Part shown: positions 48,865 to 57,995 of the stretch, one piece after another
Numbering within the stretch: the stretch's first letter is position 1
How the letters are laid out: every line of letters starts with the position of its first letter
Source of the DNA: a virus
Lineage: Duplodnaviria > Caudoviricetes
Strand: one strand, 5' to 3'
Length of the DNA stretch: 59,163 nt
IMG/VR virus record: IMGVR_UViG_3300025030_000113
Coordinates: 1 to 59,163 of that record
Position numbers and translations under genes: made by a program
Notes under the pieces: model-generated
The model's database searches: none
What the model saw: only the letters and a program-made list of their open reading frames with translations
What the model was told of the DNA's origin: nothing

Positions 48865-49118
48865 GGGCGATGATCCTGTTGGTACTTCTACTCCCCGGCT
48901 GCGTAGGTCTGGGTGGTCGCGATTCCTACGTCCGAGCCCCTGACGGGAAAGAGTACCGTGTCAGGTGCCAGAGTGACGGTAAGGTCGACTACAGCGACGG
49001 CGCGGTGAAAATTACCGTCGACAACCGGGGGCCGCTTGGTCAGGTGTGGGCAGCGGCGACGGCCTCGTTGGGGAAGGTCTACGACAAAGTCAAGGGTGAG
49101 CCGGAGGTGAAGCCATGA
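48861..49118 (+). CDS. lipoprotein (spanin-like position)
   Basis: MRAMILLVLLLPG-C lipobox; RBS AAGGAGG; coupled to endolysin. Confidence 0.7.
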   Translation: MRAMILLVLLLPGCVGLGGRDSYVRAPDGKEYRVRCQSDGKVDYSDGAVKITVDNRGPLGQVWAAATASLGKVYDKVKGEPEVKP

Positions 49119-49501
49119 TTTCGCTTAACGCACCGATAGTGATGCAGCATCCCGCCAACGTCAATAACTGGATCCTCTATTCCGCTTTCCGGTTCAACGA
49201 CGGAGATGGTGAGCAGGAGATCCCCAAGGGGTTCGTTTTCGACTTTGCCTCAGTGCCCCGGCTGTTCTGGAACCTGATCAGCCCGACGCAGCTCGGCGAC
49301 GTGGGACCGGTAAAGCACGACTGGAAGTACAAGAAGGGCATCGGCACTAGGGAAGCCGCCGATAAGCAGTTCCTGCGCGACATGGAAGCGGACGGCGTGA
49401 AGTGGTGGCGCCGGCAGGCAGCTTACCGCGCCGTGCGGATGTTTGGCGGGAAAAACTGGAACAGCGGGGATGTGGTGATCGAGGAACTGGCGGCGGCGTA
49501 G
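49115..49501 (+). CDS. DUF1353-like protein
   Basis: IPKGFVFDFASVPR, HDW.Y, AD..F...M, Y.AVR.FG. Confidence 0.85.
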   Translation: MISLNAPIVMQHPANVNNWILYSAFRFNDGDGEQEIPKGFVFDFASVPRLFWNLISPTQLGDVGPVKHDWKYKKGIGTREAADKQFLRDMEADGVKWWRRQAAYRAVRMFGGKNWNSGDVVIEELAAA

Positions 49502-49687
49502 GAGTGACGGATGGAGTTACAGTTGCTAACATCCGGTCTACGCCATGCTAAGACGTAAGTCGCTGGCATAGCAGGCTAAAACCGGAAAACAACCACAATG
49601 ATTGTTTAAGCAAACACGTTGATATTACTAGGGTTTTTGCTTGCAATAATGACAGCTTACGTGTTTCATGCTACATTTCACACAAAT

Positions 49688-49740
49688 CTCAAAATCCAGC
49701 GGGGCAACCCGTGTCGGTTCGATTCCGACCTCCGGCACCA
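49688..49740 (+). other. attP core: 3' half of tRNA-Leu(CAA)
   Basis: CTCAAAA anticodon loop, long variable arm, GTCGG-TTCGATT-CCGAC T-arm, ends CACCA; 5' half absent; adjacent to integrase 3' end. Confidence 0.85.
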
Positions 49741-49751
49741 GTCAATAAAAT

Positions 49752-49786
49752 AAAGGGGTTAGGCTTGATTGCCTGACCCCTTTTCT
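49752..49786. terminator. terminator downstream of tRNA fragment
   Basis: aaggggttaggc/gcctgacccctt stem with A and T tails. Confidence 0.75.
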
Positions 49787-49831
49787 TATGCCCTGAAAAA
49801 CCGGAGTTACAGTTTTAGTTACACTTTGGTT

Positions 49832-50083
49832 TTAGAACCTCGAAAGGAACGCTGCGGCGAACTCGTCGGTGGCCTTCCGCTTGTGCTCCCTGGACAGGTG
49901 GCCGTAGATGTTCTTCGTGATGGCGATGTCTGCGTGGGCCAAGATCTCGGACAAGGTGGAGAGGTCGCCACCGGCCATCAGGAACTGTGAGGCGAAGGTG
50001 TGGCGCAGGGTATGGTAGGTCACGTCCGTGAACCCTGCAGCCTCGATGGTCTTGTCCCACTCCTGCCGGAAGTTCGTTATCGG
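49832..50083 (-). pseudogene. int: tyrosine integrase, C-terminal remnant
   Basis: PITNFRQEW...YHTLRHTFAS...LSEILAHADIAIT.NIY.H; frame closed by a stop about 20 codons upstream. Confidence 0.85.
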
Positions 50084-50192
50084 CGCGCGGCCCGGGCCCC
50101 TCGACTTCCTGGTAGATATCCCAGCCCCAATCGGTGAGGCATGGTATCAGGTTCCTGATCAGGTCTGCCTCTGTGAATTTCTGCTTTGCCAT
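50078..50192 (-). pseudogene. 5' fragment of a probable PD-(D/E)XK nuclease-like gene fused out of frame to int
   Basis: MAKQKFTEADL......L...GWDIYQEV....PRAD then off-frame integrase sequence. Confidence 0.5.
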
Positions 50193-50201
50193 GCTCCCCC
50201 C

Positions 50202-52877
50202 TTAATCCAACATATCAAGTTGCAGCTGTACGGCCTTGGTCGATATGGCGCCGAACCTAATCGTGTTCGTCTTCTCCGAGTTCGGCAGCCGGGCCAGCAG
50301 CTGCGGCCAGTTCTTGCTCCATGGCGTCTTCTCCAGCATCTTCTCGATAGCAATGTGCGTGTTCGATATCGCAAAGACCCCTTCAAACGGAGACACCTTG
50401 ATACCATAGCGCTTCAGTACGGCGTCGGCGCTCATGTCTGATATGCCCTGGTGCGAGGTCAACGCGTTCTTGGCGATGCCGATAAGCTCCGCAACGCTCA
50501 AGTCGTAGTTCTGCCCCTTCTCGCCCTGCGCCCGGATCACGGTTTGCAGGATCTTGGCAAGGCAGCGGTTCTCGTCCAACTGCTCGTCCTTGATCTTGTA
50601 CTCGCTCCAGTCCTGGCTGCTGATCCACTTCTTCGCGTCATCCAGGGAAATCTCCGCGCTGCTGAAGCAGGCAAACGCGCCGGCAAGCAAGGCGCCCAGC
50701 TGGTCACCGGTACGCTGCGTGCCGACGCCGACCGCAGCGGCCCGGGCGAACGTGTCGGCGTTCTTCCTGATTACCGGGATCAGGCGCACCATGCGGGCGC
50801 GGAGAGCGCAGCAGTATTCTTCCGTCATGGTGGCGGCCCACTCGGTCACCAGCTTGTCGAAGTGAGCCAGCCTTTCATCCTCGCTCAACCGCTCGTCCTT
50901 CCGCAGCGAGAGCACGGTCACCCTGGAGACGTCGGCCTGCTGGCTCATGTTGACGCCGACGCTGCTGAAGCAGAACGCGGCCCTGGTGCGGTACACCTTG
51001 GCGCGGCCGTCTGCCCCACCCTTGAGGGTGAGCGCCTCGGAGTCTGACGAACATGCCCTGGCAAGCTCCAGTTCTTCCTGCACCCGCTTGATGCCGCCCT
51101 GGTCCTCTGCTTCGAACTCGTCGTGAATTACAGGCCTCGCATCGGCGCCGAGCGTCTGCCGGATCGCGGCCGCCGTCGTGGTGCCGACAACCTGGAGCGC
51201 GGCCGGGCCGACTGCCAGCGCGACGATGTTCTTCTGAACCCACGACTTGCCGACGCCGGCGCCCCCGGTCAGGTGAACGTGAGGCCTCCACCGGAGCGCT
51301 CCGCAGATAGGTGCGATGATGCACCAGCCGGCCAGCAGGCGGCCGTAGATAGGGCGCTCCCACATCAGCTGGTCACAGATCGAGACGAACCGGTTAGCGT
51401 CGCTGGCGCCCAGCGGAGCGCACGGCGTATCGTACTCCATGGAGGGGGCCGCCTCGTAGATGTAGTGGCTTTTGATTTCGTGCGGGTGATGCTGGCCACC
51501 GTTCACATACATAGTGTTGCCCAAGTGCAGCACGGAGCGCCCAGCATCCTCCCAGGCGCCACGACCGCGCAGCCGTGAAGGGTCGTATACCCCTTTGCGT
51601 TCCTGAAAGCGAATCAGAGCATTGGCGGCCGCGTCGTAGTTGGCGCCGGCTTTTGCCGGGTAGCAGGATTCCCAGTAGTGCAGGGGGGCCAGCGTCATCA
51701 GGTGCGACTTGTTGTGCTGCTCGGCCCGGAGCGCTACGACCTGGTTGCTCCCGCGGGGAAGGTAATAGTAGATATTGTGCTCGTATCCGAGACACTGGAA
51801 CGGCTGGGTGTTCTCGTCGGGCGGGGTGAACTCGCAGTAATCGCCGGCCGGCTCGGGCGGTGCTTGTTCTTCGTGGGGTGGGTCCTCTTGAGGATCGAGC
51901 ACGGCGTCGAACTGGCGGGTGACTTCCTCGATCCCTTCCAGCAGGTGCAAGTCGTTCCAGTCGGTCGGGTGGTCTGTCACGTCCTGGAACGACGGGACCG
52001 CTAGCAGTCCACCGCAGGCCTTCATTGCTTCCGTGCCCTTCACGATCCCGGTGTTGACGCATCGCTTCCCAGTTACAGGGTGGTTGCACGGCACCTTCTT
52101 GTAGACCGTCTCCCCCTCGATGGTGAGCTTGAGCCATGCATCGTTGTCGGCGGCGATGATGATCTTGAAGGACGGCCGCGCTGCGCGTACCAGTTCAGCA
52201 ACGGCCTGCAGGTTGCCAGCGTCAAACGCAACGAGAACGCAGTGGCCGGTAGCCTGGTGGATGCTGGCCCCGGTGGCGTACCCCTCGGTGATGATCAGGG
52301 TGTCGTCAATAACCGTCCCGATGCGGTAGCAGTTCCCTGCCTTGGCCGTGCCCGTCTTGAACTTCTTGGTGCCGTCAGGGGAAATGAACTGCATGCCGTG
52401 GATGGTGCCCGCAGTGTCCTTCACCGGGACCATCAGGGCGCCGTCATCGTCGCCGGTGCGGAGTAGGCGCAAGCCGTGCGCCGGGCTCTGCTTCCGAACC
52501 AGGTAGGGGTGGGTGGCGGGTGCCTCGGGCGCCTGCTCCCATACGCGAGCGCACCAGGCGCGGCACTCGGCCGCTATCTTAGTGGCTTCCTCTTCGCGCT
52601 GCTGGCGGGCTTCCTCCATCCTTCTGGCGTAGGCCTGCTTTTCTTCTTTTGTGAGGGTACGGGTTACCTTGCCGCACCACGTTTCCGATATCTGGCGCTT
52701 CCAGCAGCCGTAGGACCCGGCCGGAAGATCGACGTCATCAAAGTACACGTACCAGCTGTTCTTATCCTTACCGTCGCCGGAACTGAACCGGTGCAACTTC
52801 CCGTCAGGGACAATATGTGTGGGGGGTTCTATCCCTGCTTCCCTGATGGCCTGCAGGAATGAGTCGGTTGCGTTCAT
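50202..52877 (-). CDS. DNA primase-helicase (TOPRIM plus P-loop)
   Basis: DGKLHRF, YL.RK, Q.I..DG.K.F, EGYATG, AFDAGNL, AADND, TDWNDL; GGAGVGKS and IHDEFE. Confidence 0.9.
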   Translation of the reverse strand: MNATDSFLQAIREAGIEPPTHIVPDGKLHRFSSGDGKDKNSWYVYFDDVDLPAGSYGCWKRQISETWCGKVTRTLTKEEKQAYARRMEEARQQREEEATKIAAECRAWCARVWEQAPEAPATHPYLVRKQSPAHGLRLLRTGDDDGALMVPVKDTAGTIHGMQFISPDGTKKFKTGTAKAGNCYRIGTVIDDTLIITEGYATGASIHQATGHCVLVAFDAGNLQAVAELVRAARPSFKIIIAADNDAWLKLTIEGETVYKKVPCNHPVTGKRCVNTGIVKGTEAMKACGGLLAVPSFQDVTDHPTDWNDLHLLEGIEEVTRQFDAVLDPQEDPPHEEQAPPEPAGDYCEFTPPDENTQPFQCLGYEHNIYYYLPRGSNQVVALRAEQHNKSHLMTLAPLHYWESCYPAKAGANYDAAANALIRFQERKGVYDPSRLRGRGAWEDAGRSVLHLGNTMYVNGGQHHPHEIKSHYIYEAAPSMEYDTPCAPLGASDANRFVSICDQLMWERPIYGRLLAGWCIIAPICGALRWRPHVHLTGGAGVGKSWVQKNIVALAVGPAALQVVGTTTAAAIRQTLGADARPVIHDEFEAEDQGGIKRVQEELELARACSSDSEALTLKGGADGRAKVYRTRAAFCFSSVGVNMSQQADVSRVTVLSLRKDERLSEDERLAHFDKLVTEWAATMTEEYCCALRARMVRLIPVIRKNADTFARAAAVGVGTQRTGDQLGALLAGAFACFSSAEISLDDAKKWISSQDWSEYKIKDEQLDENRCLAKILQTVIRAQGEKGQNYDLSVAELIGIAKNALTSHQGISDMSADAVLKRYGIKVSPFEGVFAISNTHIAIEKMLEKTPWSKNWPQLLARLPNSEKTNTIRFGAISTKAVQLQLDMLD

Positions 52878-52911
52878 GTGGCCCCTCGTAATTCATTGCA
52901 TCAAATTTCTG

Positions 52912-54007
52912 CTAAAATTCCGTGTGCAAGTTCAACCACTGCAGGTACTTGTCCATTGCCAATGGCTTTAAGTCGGTCCACCCTAAAGGCCACCCCATTA
53001 GCCACTCTACCCACGTCGGGTTCAACTGCCCACCATTGGCCGGATCGTACTGAGCTTCTTTTTTTCCTGCCTGTCTTGATTGCCCTGAGTGCCTGGGCAT
53101 TTCCATCGTGCCCATATCCTGCATGCTGGCTCTCGGCGTCGGCCAGCGCACTACTTCCGTTGCAAGCCCGTTCCCACTGTGCCGCTTGCCGCTGCGGTTC
53201 TCCATCCTGGCGAGGTCGGCCCCCTTGTGGTCCGATACCTTGGGTGAAGGCCACATGGCTATTACCGTCGCCAGACTCAACCCGGTTGCGCTCCTGTCCA
53301 TCTTGGCAAAGTCCGGTCCAGCTGCGGAAGCCTTGGGTGTAGGCCAAAGGCGCGGAGTCTTCACCATCTGGCTGAGTGATTGCCCCGTCATGTTCTCCGT
53401 TATTGTCCCGCCCCTGCCCCCGTCCGATGCGGCAGGCGTCGCCCATAGTTTCGTCCAGCTCGTCAACGTGTCCGGACTCCCTCGATGCGCCCCGCAACTC
53501 TGAGAATCCTCCGCTCTTGGCGTGGGCACAAATCCAGATGCGCTCCCTCTTGTGAGGTGCGCCGGAATGGTAAGCGCCCAACACTCCCCATTCCGCATCG
53601 TACCCCATTTCGGCCAAGTCTCCGAGAACACGTCCGAGCCCCCGAGAAGTGAGAATTGGGCTATTCTCCACGAAGACGTGGGCAGGTCGTACTTCGCCAA
53701 TGATGCGGGCCATTTCACGCCATAGGCCTGATTTCTCGCCATCAATGCCAGCCCCCCCCCCCGGCTGCACTGATATCCTGGCAAGGGAAACCTCCCGAAA
53801 CCACGTCAACAATTCCTCGCCATGGTCGGCCGTCAAAAGTCGTGATGTCGGACCAAATTGGGAAAACTTGGAGAATGCCATCGTTTTGTCGTTGCGCCAA
53901 AACAGCTGCGGCGTAGGCATCACGTTCAACTGCGCAGACGATTCTTCTGTTAAGAAGTTCGCTTCCGAGTATGCCTCCACCAGCGCCTGCGAAAAGAGCC
54001 AACTCAT
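52912..54007 (-). pseudogene. overlapping-frame methyltransferase beta chain (TRD-like repeats plus motif IX), frameshifted at the same G11
   Basis: ATG 54007 overlaps upstream stop (ATGA); five (W)PTP-like repeats and LNPTWVEWLMGWP; fully open if tract is G10. Confidence 0.7.
53752..53762 (-). repeat. G11 homopolymer tract
   Basis: 11 C on the plus strand; longest homopolymer noticed in the window. Confidence 0.95.
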
Positions 54008-54285
54008 TCATATAATCTCCCTGTTACCCATTCAATGTACTTTTCCAGCCCGCCGCACTCATTCAGCACCCTCGCCCACATATCCAGCTTGATTTCCCGC
54101 CACTTCCCCAGGACAGAGTGCCGGCGCGTACCCTTCTTCTTGCCTTCGCTGTTGCGGTATCCGGTAGCGTTTGAAACGTGCCAGGTGGCCGGGTCCTCGT
54201 CGTAGCTCCACAACATGTCAGAGACTTCCTTGTAGGTGAAGCCGGTCCTGAACTTCCGGTATAGCTTCGCCTCAAGGTCATCCAT
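54004..54285 (-). CDS. hypothetical protein
   Basis: Coupled in replication operon. Confidence 0.65.
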   Translation of the reverse strand: MDDLEAKLYRKFRTGFTYKEVSDMLWSYDEDPATWHVSNATGYRNSEGKKKGTRRHSVLGKWREIKLDMWARVLNECGGLEKYIEWVTGRLYE

Positions 54286-54687
54286 TCACAGCCCCAACTC
54301 TGCGGTGACGATCTGAGAGACAGCTTCCTCGGCAGAGCGGGCGACGATGCCGCAGCCGCCGCACTCCCGGACCACGCGCAGGAAGTTCTCCTGCTCTGGC
54401 GAAACGGCGCCCTTTGGCGCCTTGACCTCTACGGCAAGGAACTGCGCGGCCCCGTTGATATGCCTCCAGCCGATTAGGTCGGAGCTCCCATTGCAGAGTC
54501 CGTACTGGATTCGACACCCGGCCTTCACGATCCAGTCACCAGGCTGCAGCGTCACGGTGGTCGGCTTGTCGATCCTGATGTACCGGGCGCCGGCTATCGC
54601 GTTACCTGTGTTGTTCCTGAAGATGCGAACGCTCCTGATCTTCCCCAGCGCCAGCATGATCTCGCTCTGTATCGTTTTCTCACTCAC
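54286..54687 (-). CDS. VRR-NUC nuclease
   Basis: EKTIQ..I, FRNNTG, GSSDLIG, AVEVK...G..S.EQ..F. Confidence 0.9.
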   Translation of the reverse strand: MSEKTIQSEIMLALGKIRSVRIFRNNTGNAIAGARYIRIDKPTTVTLQPGDWIVKAGCRIQYGLCNGSSDLIGWRHINGAAQFLAVEVKAPKGAVSPEQENFLRVVRECGGCGIVARSAEEAVSQIVTAELGL

Positions 54688-54830
54688 TGGAGCGCTTCCC
54701 TTGCCTGCTTCGCTGCAAAGACGTGCACAGCCCAGCCCGGCTTATACCCGAGCTTCTCGCCCAGCGCTTCGAAGTCGGCCAACGTCTCGCACTCGTCCAT
54801 CATTTCCTTGCGGGTCTTTTGCTGTTCCAT
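54684..54830 (-). CDS. 48-aa protein resembling the helicase C-terminal domain
   Basis: RBS AAGGAGG; CETLADFEALGEKLGYKPGWA vs helicase CVTYADWKALGQKRGYAPSWA. Confidence 0.65.
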   Translation of the reverse strand: MEQQKTRKEMMDECETLADFEALGEKLGYKPGWAVHVFAAKQAREALQ

Positions 54831-54840
54831 GGTGCCCTCC

Positions 54841-56301
54841 TTAGATTCCCGGCAACGTAGCTGCGTTGCGTTTCTGTTTCTGATTAAATCGAATGTAAGC
54901 CCAGGACGGCGCGTATCCACGTTTTTGCCCCAGCGCTTTCCAGTCAGCATACGTTACGCATGCTCTTTCCTCGTTCAGCCTCGCGTAACGTGCACGGCTT
55001 TCCTCGATCCCGCGCAGCCTATCCAGCTCAGCTTGATCCAGCTGCTGCAGCCGCCCTTCTTCTTCCTCTATCACTCGCCCGTTGACTTCATAGGTGAAGC
55101 CACAGAAAGGACATCGCGGCGACTTCGTGGATATCCGGTAACAGCTTGGACACTGGTTGAATGCTTGCCCTGCCTCTTTTGGCTTGGCCTTCTTCTTGAT
55201 CTCCCCCTCAAGACTCCATTCCCGATCCCAAGAAGGATCACCGTGGTTGATCTCCATGTTGGGAAAGAACGTGTTACATACGTGGTCCAGCAGGTAGTAC
55301 CCCTGCTTCCCGGGGAACATGCGGGCCCCTCGGCCGGTGCGCTGGAGGAACCGTGCAACCGATTTGGTGGGATCGAGCAACTGAATGCCTTCCACGACCG
55401 GCACGTCGACACCTTCGTCGATTAGGCTGCAGCTTATGAGCAGGTGGAGCCCACCGCCGCCAAGGTCAATCAGCCGCTGCTTTCTATCGTGGTCGGACAT
55501 TGAGCCGTCGACCATGGCGGCCTGGTAACCAGCGGCCCGGTACTGCGTCTGCACATGCTCGGCCATCTTCAAGGACGGCACGAAAACGATAGTCGGCTTG
55601 TTCGGGCAAATCTGGCTGTACGACTTAACGGCATCCCCGATAATCTTCGGCTTGTCCATCATGTCCGAGCGCTCGTCCTGCTTGAACTCCCCGGATTTAG
55701 TGTGAAGGTTTTCCGTTGTCGCCAGTACGGGCCGGTATATCATCGGCTTGGCAAGGAACCCCTGGCTAATCAGTTCTTGCGGTTGCGGGCCCATAATCAG
55801 GCTGTCGCAAAGGCCACCATGTTCTTTCCCTAGCCCTCTGCCGTCCAATCTGTTGGGCGTGGCGCTACAGAGCAGCACCCGCGTACCCTTGGAGATGAAA
55901 TAGTTGAGCACCTTGAACCAGGTGGGGCTCACGCTATGGTGCCCTTCGTCGCAAATGATCAGCTGCGGAACTGGCAGTTTCTCAAAGCGATTCTTCAGCG
56001 TGTCAATCGATGCTACCTGTGTTGGTGAAAGCGGGTCTGGGGTGTAAAGGGGCGATATCAGTCCGTGCGGGACATGGAGGTCGCAAAGGGAATCATGCGC
56101 TTGACGCAGGAGCTCCTTGCGATGAGCGACGATCCATACCCTGTTGTTTTTCTTGCTGGCGTTGTAGGTGATGTAACTGAAAACCCGCGTCTTGCCGGCT
56201 CCGGTTGGGGCTTGGTAGCACACGACCCGATCCCCGTTGGCAAAGTTGGCCCTGATCTGGTTTACGCCTTTCATCTGGTAATCGCGGAGCGAGAGGTTCA
56301 T
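54841..56301 (-). CDS. superfamily 2 DEAD/DEAH helicase
   Basis: LRDYQ, APTGAGKT, DEGHH, SATP.RLDG, EGVDVP, Q..GRG.R, C-terminal CPSC/CPFC. Confidence 0.95.
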   Translation of the reverse strand: MNLSLRDYQMKGVNQIRANFANGDRVVCYQAPTGAGKTRVFSYITYNASKKNNRVWIVAHRKELLRQAHDSLCDLHVPHGLISPLYTPDPLSPTQVASIDTLKNRFEKLPVPQLIICDEGHHSVSPTWFKVLNYFISKGTRVLLCSATPNRLDGRGLGKEHGGLCDSLIMGPQPQELISQGFLAKPMIYRPVLATTENLHTKSGEFKQDERSDMMDKPKIIGDAVKSYSQICPNKPTIVFVPSLKMAEHVQTQYRAAGYQAAMVDGSMSDHDRKQRLIDLGGGGLHLLISCSLIDEGVDVPVVEGIQLLDPTKSVARFLQRTGRGARMFPGKQGYYLLDHVCNTFFPNMEINHGDPSWDREWSLEGEIKKKAKPKEAGQAFNQCPSCYRISTKSPRCPFCGFTYEVNGRVIEEEEGRLQQLDQAELDRLRGIEESRARYARLNEERACVTYADWKALGQKRGYAPSWAYIRFNQKQKRNAATLPGI

Positions 56302-56924
56302 AGAAATAGCATCCCTAGTTCTTGTGCGTAAACGTGTGGAAGTTTTGCAGACTTCCTCTGATTGCATGGAGGGCACAGTATCTGAATGTTACTATCTACG
56401 TTTGGGCCGCCCTTGGAAACTGGGATGATATGGTCAAGGTGATATTTTTCACCAATCAACACCTTCTTGCAGATGCGGCATTTTCCCTTTTGAAGTGCCA
56501 GGACGGTTTGGGCTACGTCTGAAGAAAGCTTGCCCCCATTTGTCCTTTCCCTGGATCTCCGTTCGTGAGAATGCAGCCTGTACTTCATAAGGTTGTTCTT
56601 TCTATACGCGCTGGACATGCCAGGTTTTCTTTTACGGTACTCTATGGCCCCAATTCGACGTTGCTCTTTATGCGCCCTGCCGTTTTCTTTCCATCGAACA
56701 CGAAGCATTTCAAGATTTTTCACACGGTATTGCGCGTGCCATGCCCGTTCTTTTTCGATGTTGGCGTGGTAAATCTTGGACCGGCCAATGTTGGCACATT
56801 TTCTACAATTTCGTTTCTTGTCAACATTCTCAGGGGATCGTTCATGTCCGTGGATACAGAGGGGGTATCCATTAGGACCGTACCCGTACTTGCCCGGACT
56901 AGGCATTGTAGTATCCCCTCGCAT
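56298..56924 (-). CDS. HNH endonuclease
   Basis: CRIC...HLDHIIPVSKGG.N...NIQILC..CN..K; lower GC. Confidence 0.9.
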   Translation of the reverse strand: MRGDTTMPSPGKYGYGPNGYPLCIHGHERSPENVDKKRNCRKCANIGRSKIYHANIEKERAWHAQYRVKNLEMLRVRWKENGRAHKEQRRIGAIEYRKRKPGMSSAYRKNNLMKYRLHSHERRSRERTNGGKLSSDVAQTVLALQKGKCRICKKVLIGEKYHLDHIIPVSKGGPNVDSNIQILCPPCNQRKSAKLPHVYAQELGMLFL

Positions 56925-57180
56925 GGTTTCCGCTCAACACCCTGGCCCGCGCCACATCTACCAGCGCCCCGTCGCGCTCCATGATCCGGTGCAACGTCTC
57001 AGCCGAGTGCTTAACGTCCCAGGTCTCCATGGTGACGCCTTTCACGTTCCCGCACAGCAGCTCCCACCCGACTTCTAGAACCTCAGAGAGAAGATGAAAC
57101 CACTGGCGCAGCGCCGTGTTCTTCTTGGAAAACTTGGACGCGGGGAACTGGTATGAGGGCGACTCGGAAAGCGGATTCAC
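56899..57180 (-). CDS. hypothetical protein
   Basis: FP.SKF...NT...Q..H..SE..E and E.WD..HS.ET..RI pattern, dUTPase/MazG-like at best. Confidence 0.55.
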   Translation of the reverse strand: MNPLSESPSYQFPASKFSKKNTALRQWFHLLSEVLEVGWELLCGNVKGVTMETWDVKHSAETLHRIMERDGALVDVARARVLSGNHARGYYNA

Positions 57181-57653
57181 AGCAGCTTCTCCGGAGAAAC
57201 CTTCAGCGCCCCCGCTATCTTCTTGATGCTTTTAAACCCTATACATCTTCCCTTGATCGCATTTTGGATAGGCACCTCACTTAAGCCAGCCTTAATAGCT
57301 AGTGCTGATACGTCCATGCCTGCATCAGACATATACATTGCCAAATTTAAAAGACGGCAAGAGCTCCTAGCCGACACTTTGCGCTCAGGTGTCCGGATCA
57401 CCTCTCTCACGTATTTTTTATTGATAAGATGTGCGCCCAAAAAATTCATATATGTTATCCAAAATAGTTCATGATCATTGACTTCTCCACGTGTGGTCTC
57501 TTCCAGAATTTGCATTTCGAAACAATCTAAACCCTTTAACGTGGTTTTTTTATGTGCGGCAAACCTCGCATGAGGGTTAACTGTCCTCCCCACATAAACC
57601 AACTCTAGTGTTTTTGTGTTCACCAGCCCATATACAAAAGCAGGCGTGTTCAT
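57177..57653 (-). CDS. GIY-YIG endonuclease-like domain fused to XRE HTH
   Basis: FVYGL......YVGRT....RF..H, E..WI, L.N; C-terminal LAIKAGLS...I; lower GC. Confidence 0.8.
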   Translation of the reverse strand: MNTPAFVYGLVNTKTLELVYVGRTVNPHARFAAHKKTTLKGLDCFEMQILEETTRGEVNDHELFWITYMNFLGAHLINKKYVREVIRTPERKVSARSSCRLLNLAMYMSDAGMDVSALAIKAGLSEVPIQNAIKGRCIGFKSIKKIAGALKVSPEKLL

Positions 57654-57847
57654 TTCGCAATGTCCTCCAGCCTGACGCCAAGACGCCTGGCAATCGCCTT
57701 GGCAATGTTCAGGTTCAGGCTGATCAGTTTCCCCTGCTCGATCTGCTGAATCCTGCGCTTCCCTAAGTCAGCAGCTTTCGCAAGGTCGGTATGCTCAAGC
57801 CCCTTACTCTCTCTGAATGCCTTAATCTTCAAATGGTCTACTTGCAT
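57650..57847 (-). CDS. Cro/CI-like XRE HTH regulator
   Basis: IKAFRESKGL...DLAKAADLG...IQQIEQG; RBS GGAGG. Confidence 0.85.
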   Translation of the reverse strand: MQVDHLKIKAFRESKGLEHTDLAKAADLGKRRIQQIEQGKLISLNLNIAKAIARRLGVRLEDIAK

Positions 57848-57868
57848 AGGTTCCTCCGTTGGGACGGG

Positions 57869-57960
57869 ATATTGTCTCAAGAACGATCCTGTGTCAAGGA
57901 AAATATTTCTCACTCTTTGCGAAATATTTTCTTGTAAACGATTTTTAAACGTGATAGTTT
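57869..57960. promoter_or_regulatory. divergent promoter/operator switch region
   Basis: Minus-strand TTGACA at 57892-57897; plus-strand TTGTAA-17-TAGTTT with TGn; inverted repeat AAAATATTTC/GAAATATTTT between them. Confidence 0.65.
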
Positions 57961-57995
57961 TCTACTCACATTCAATGACAAAGGGGGTGAAACTT

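Larger units (their letters stand above)
49513..49827. other. attP region with arm-type direct repeats
   Basis: GGAGTTACAGTT at 49513-49524 and 49803-49814, AGTTACACTTT at 49817-49827, flanking the tRNA-like core. Confidence 0.7.
52901..54011 (-). pseudogene. C5-cytosine DNA methyltransferase alpha chain, frameshifted at G11
   Basis: LFAGAGG (I) and GGFPCQD (IV) in one frame; VENS (VI), HKRERIW (VIII), RLKAIGNG (X) in the next frame after the G tract. Confidence 0.85.

Noticed and set aside
49688-49740. Functional phage tRNA-Leu
   Set aside because: The 5' acceptor strand and D-arm are missing; context indicates attP
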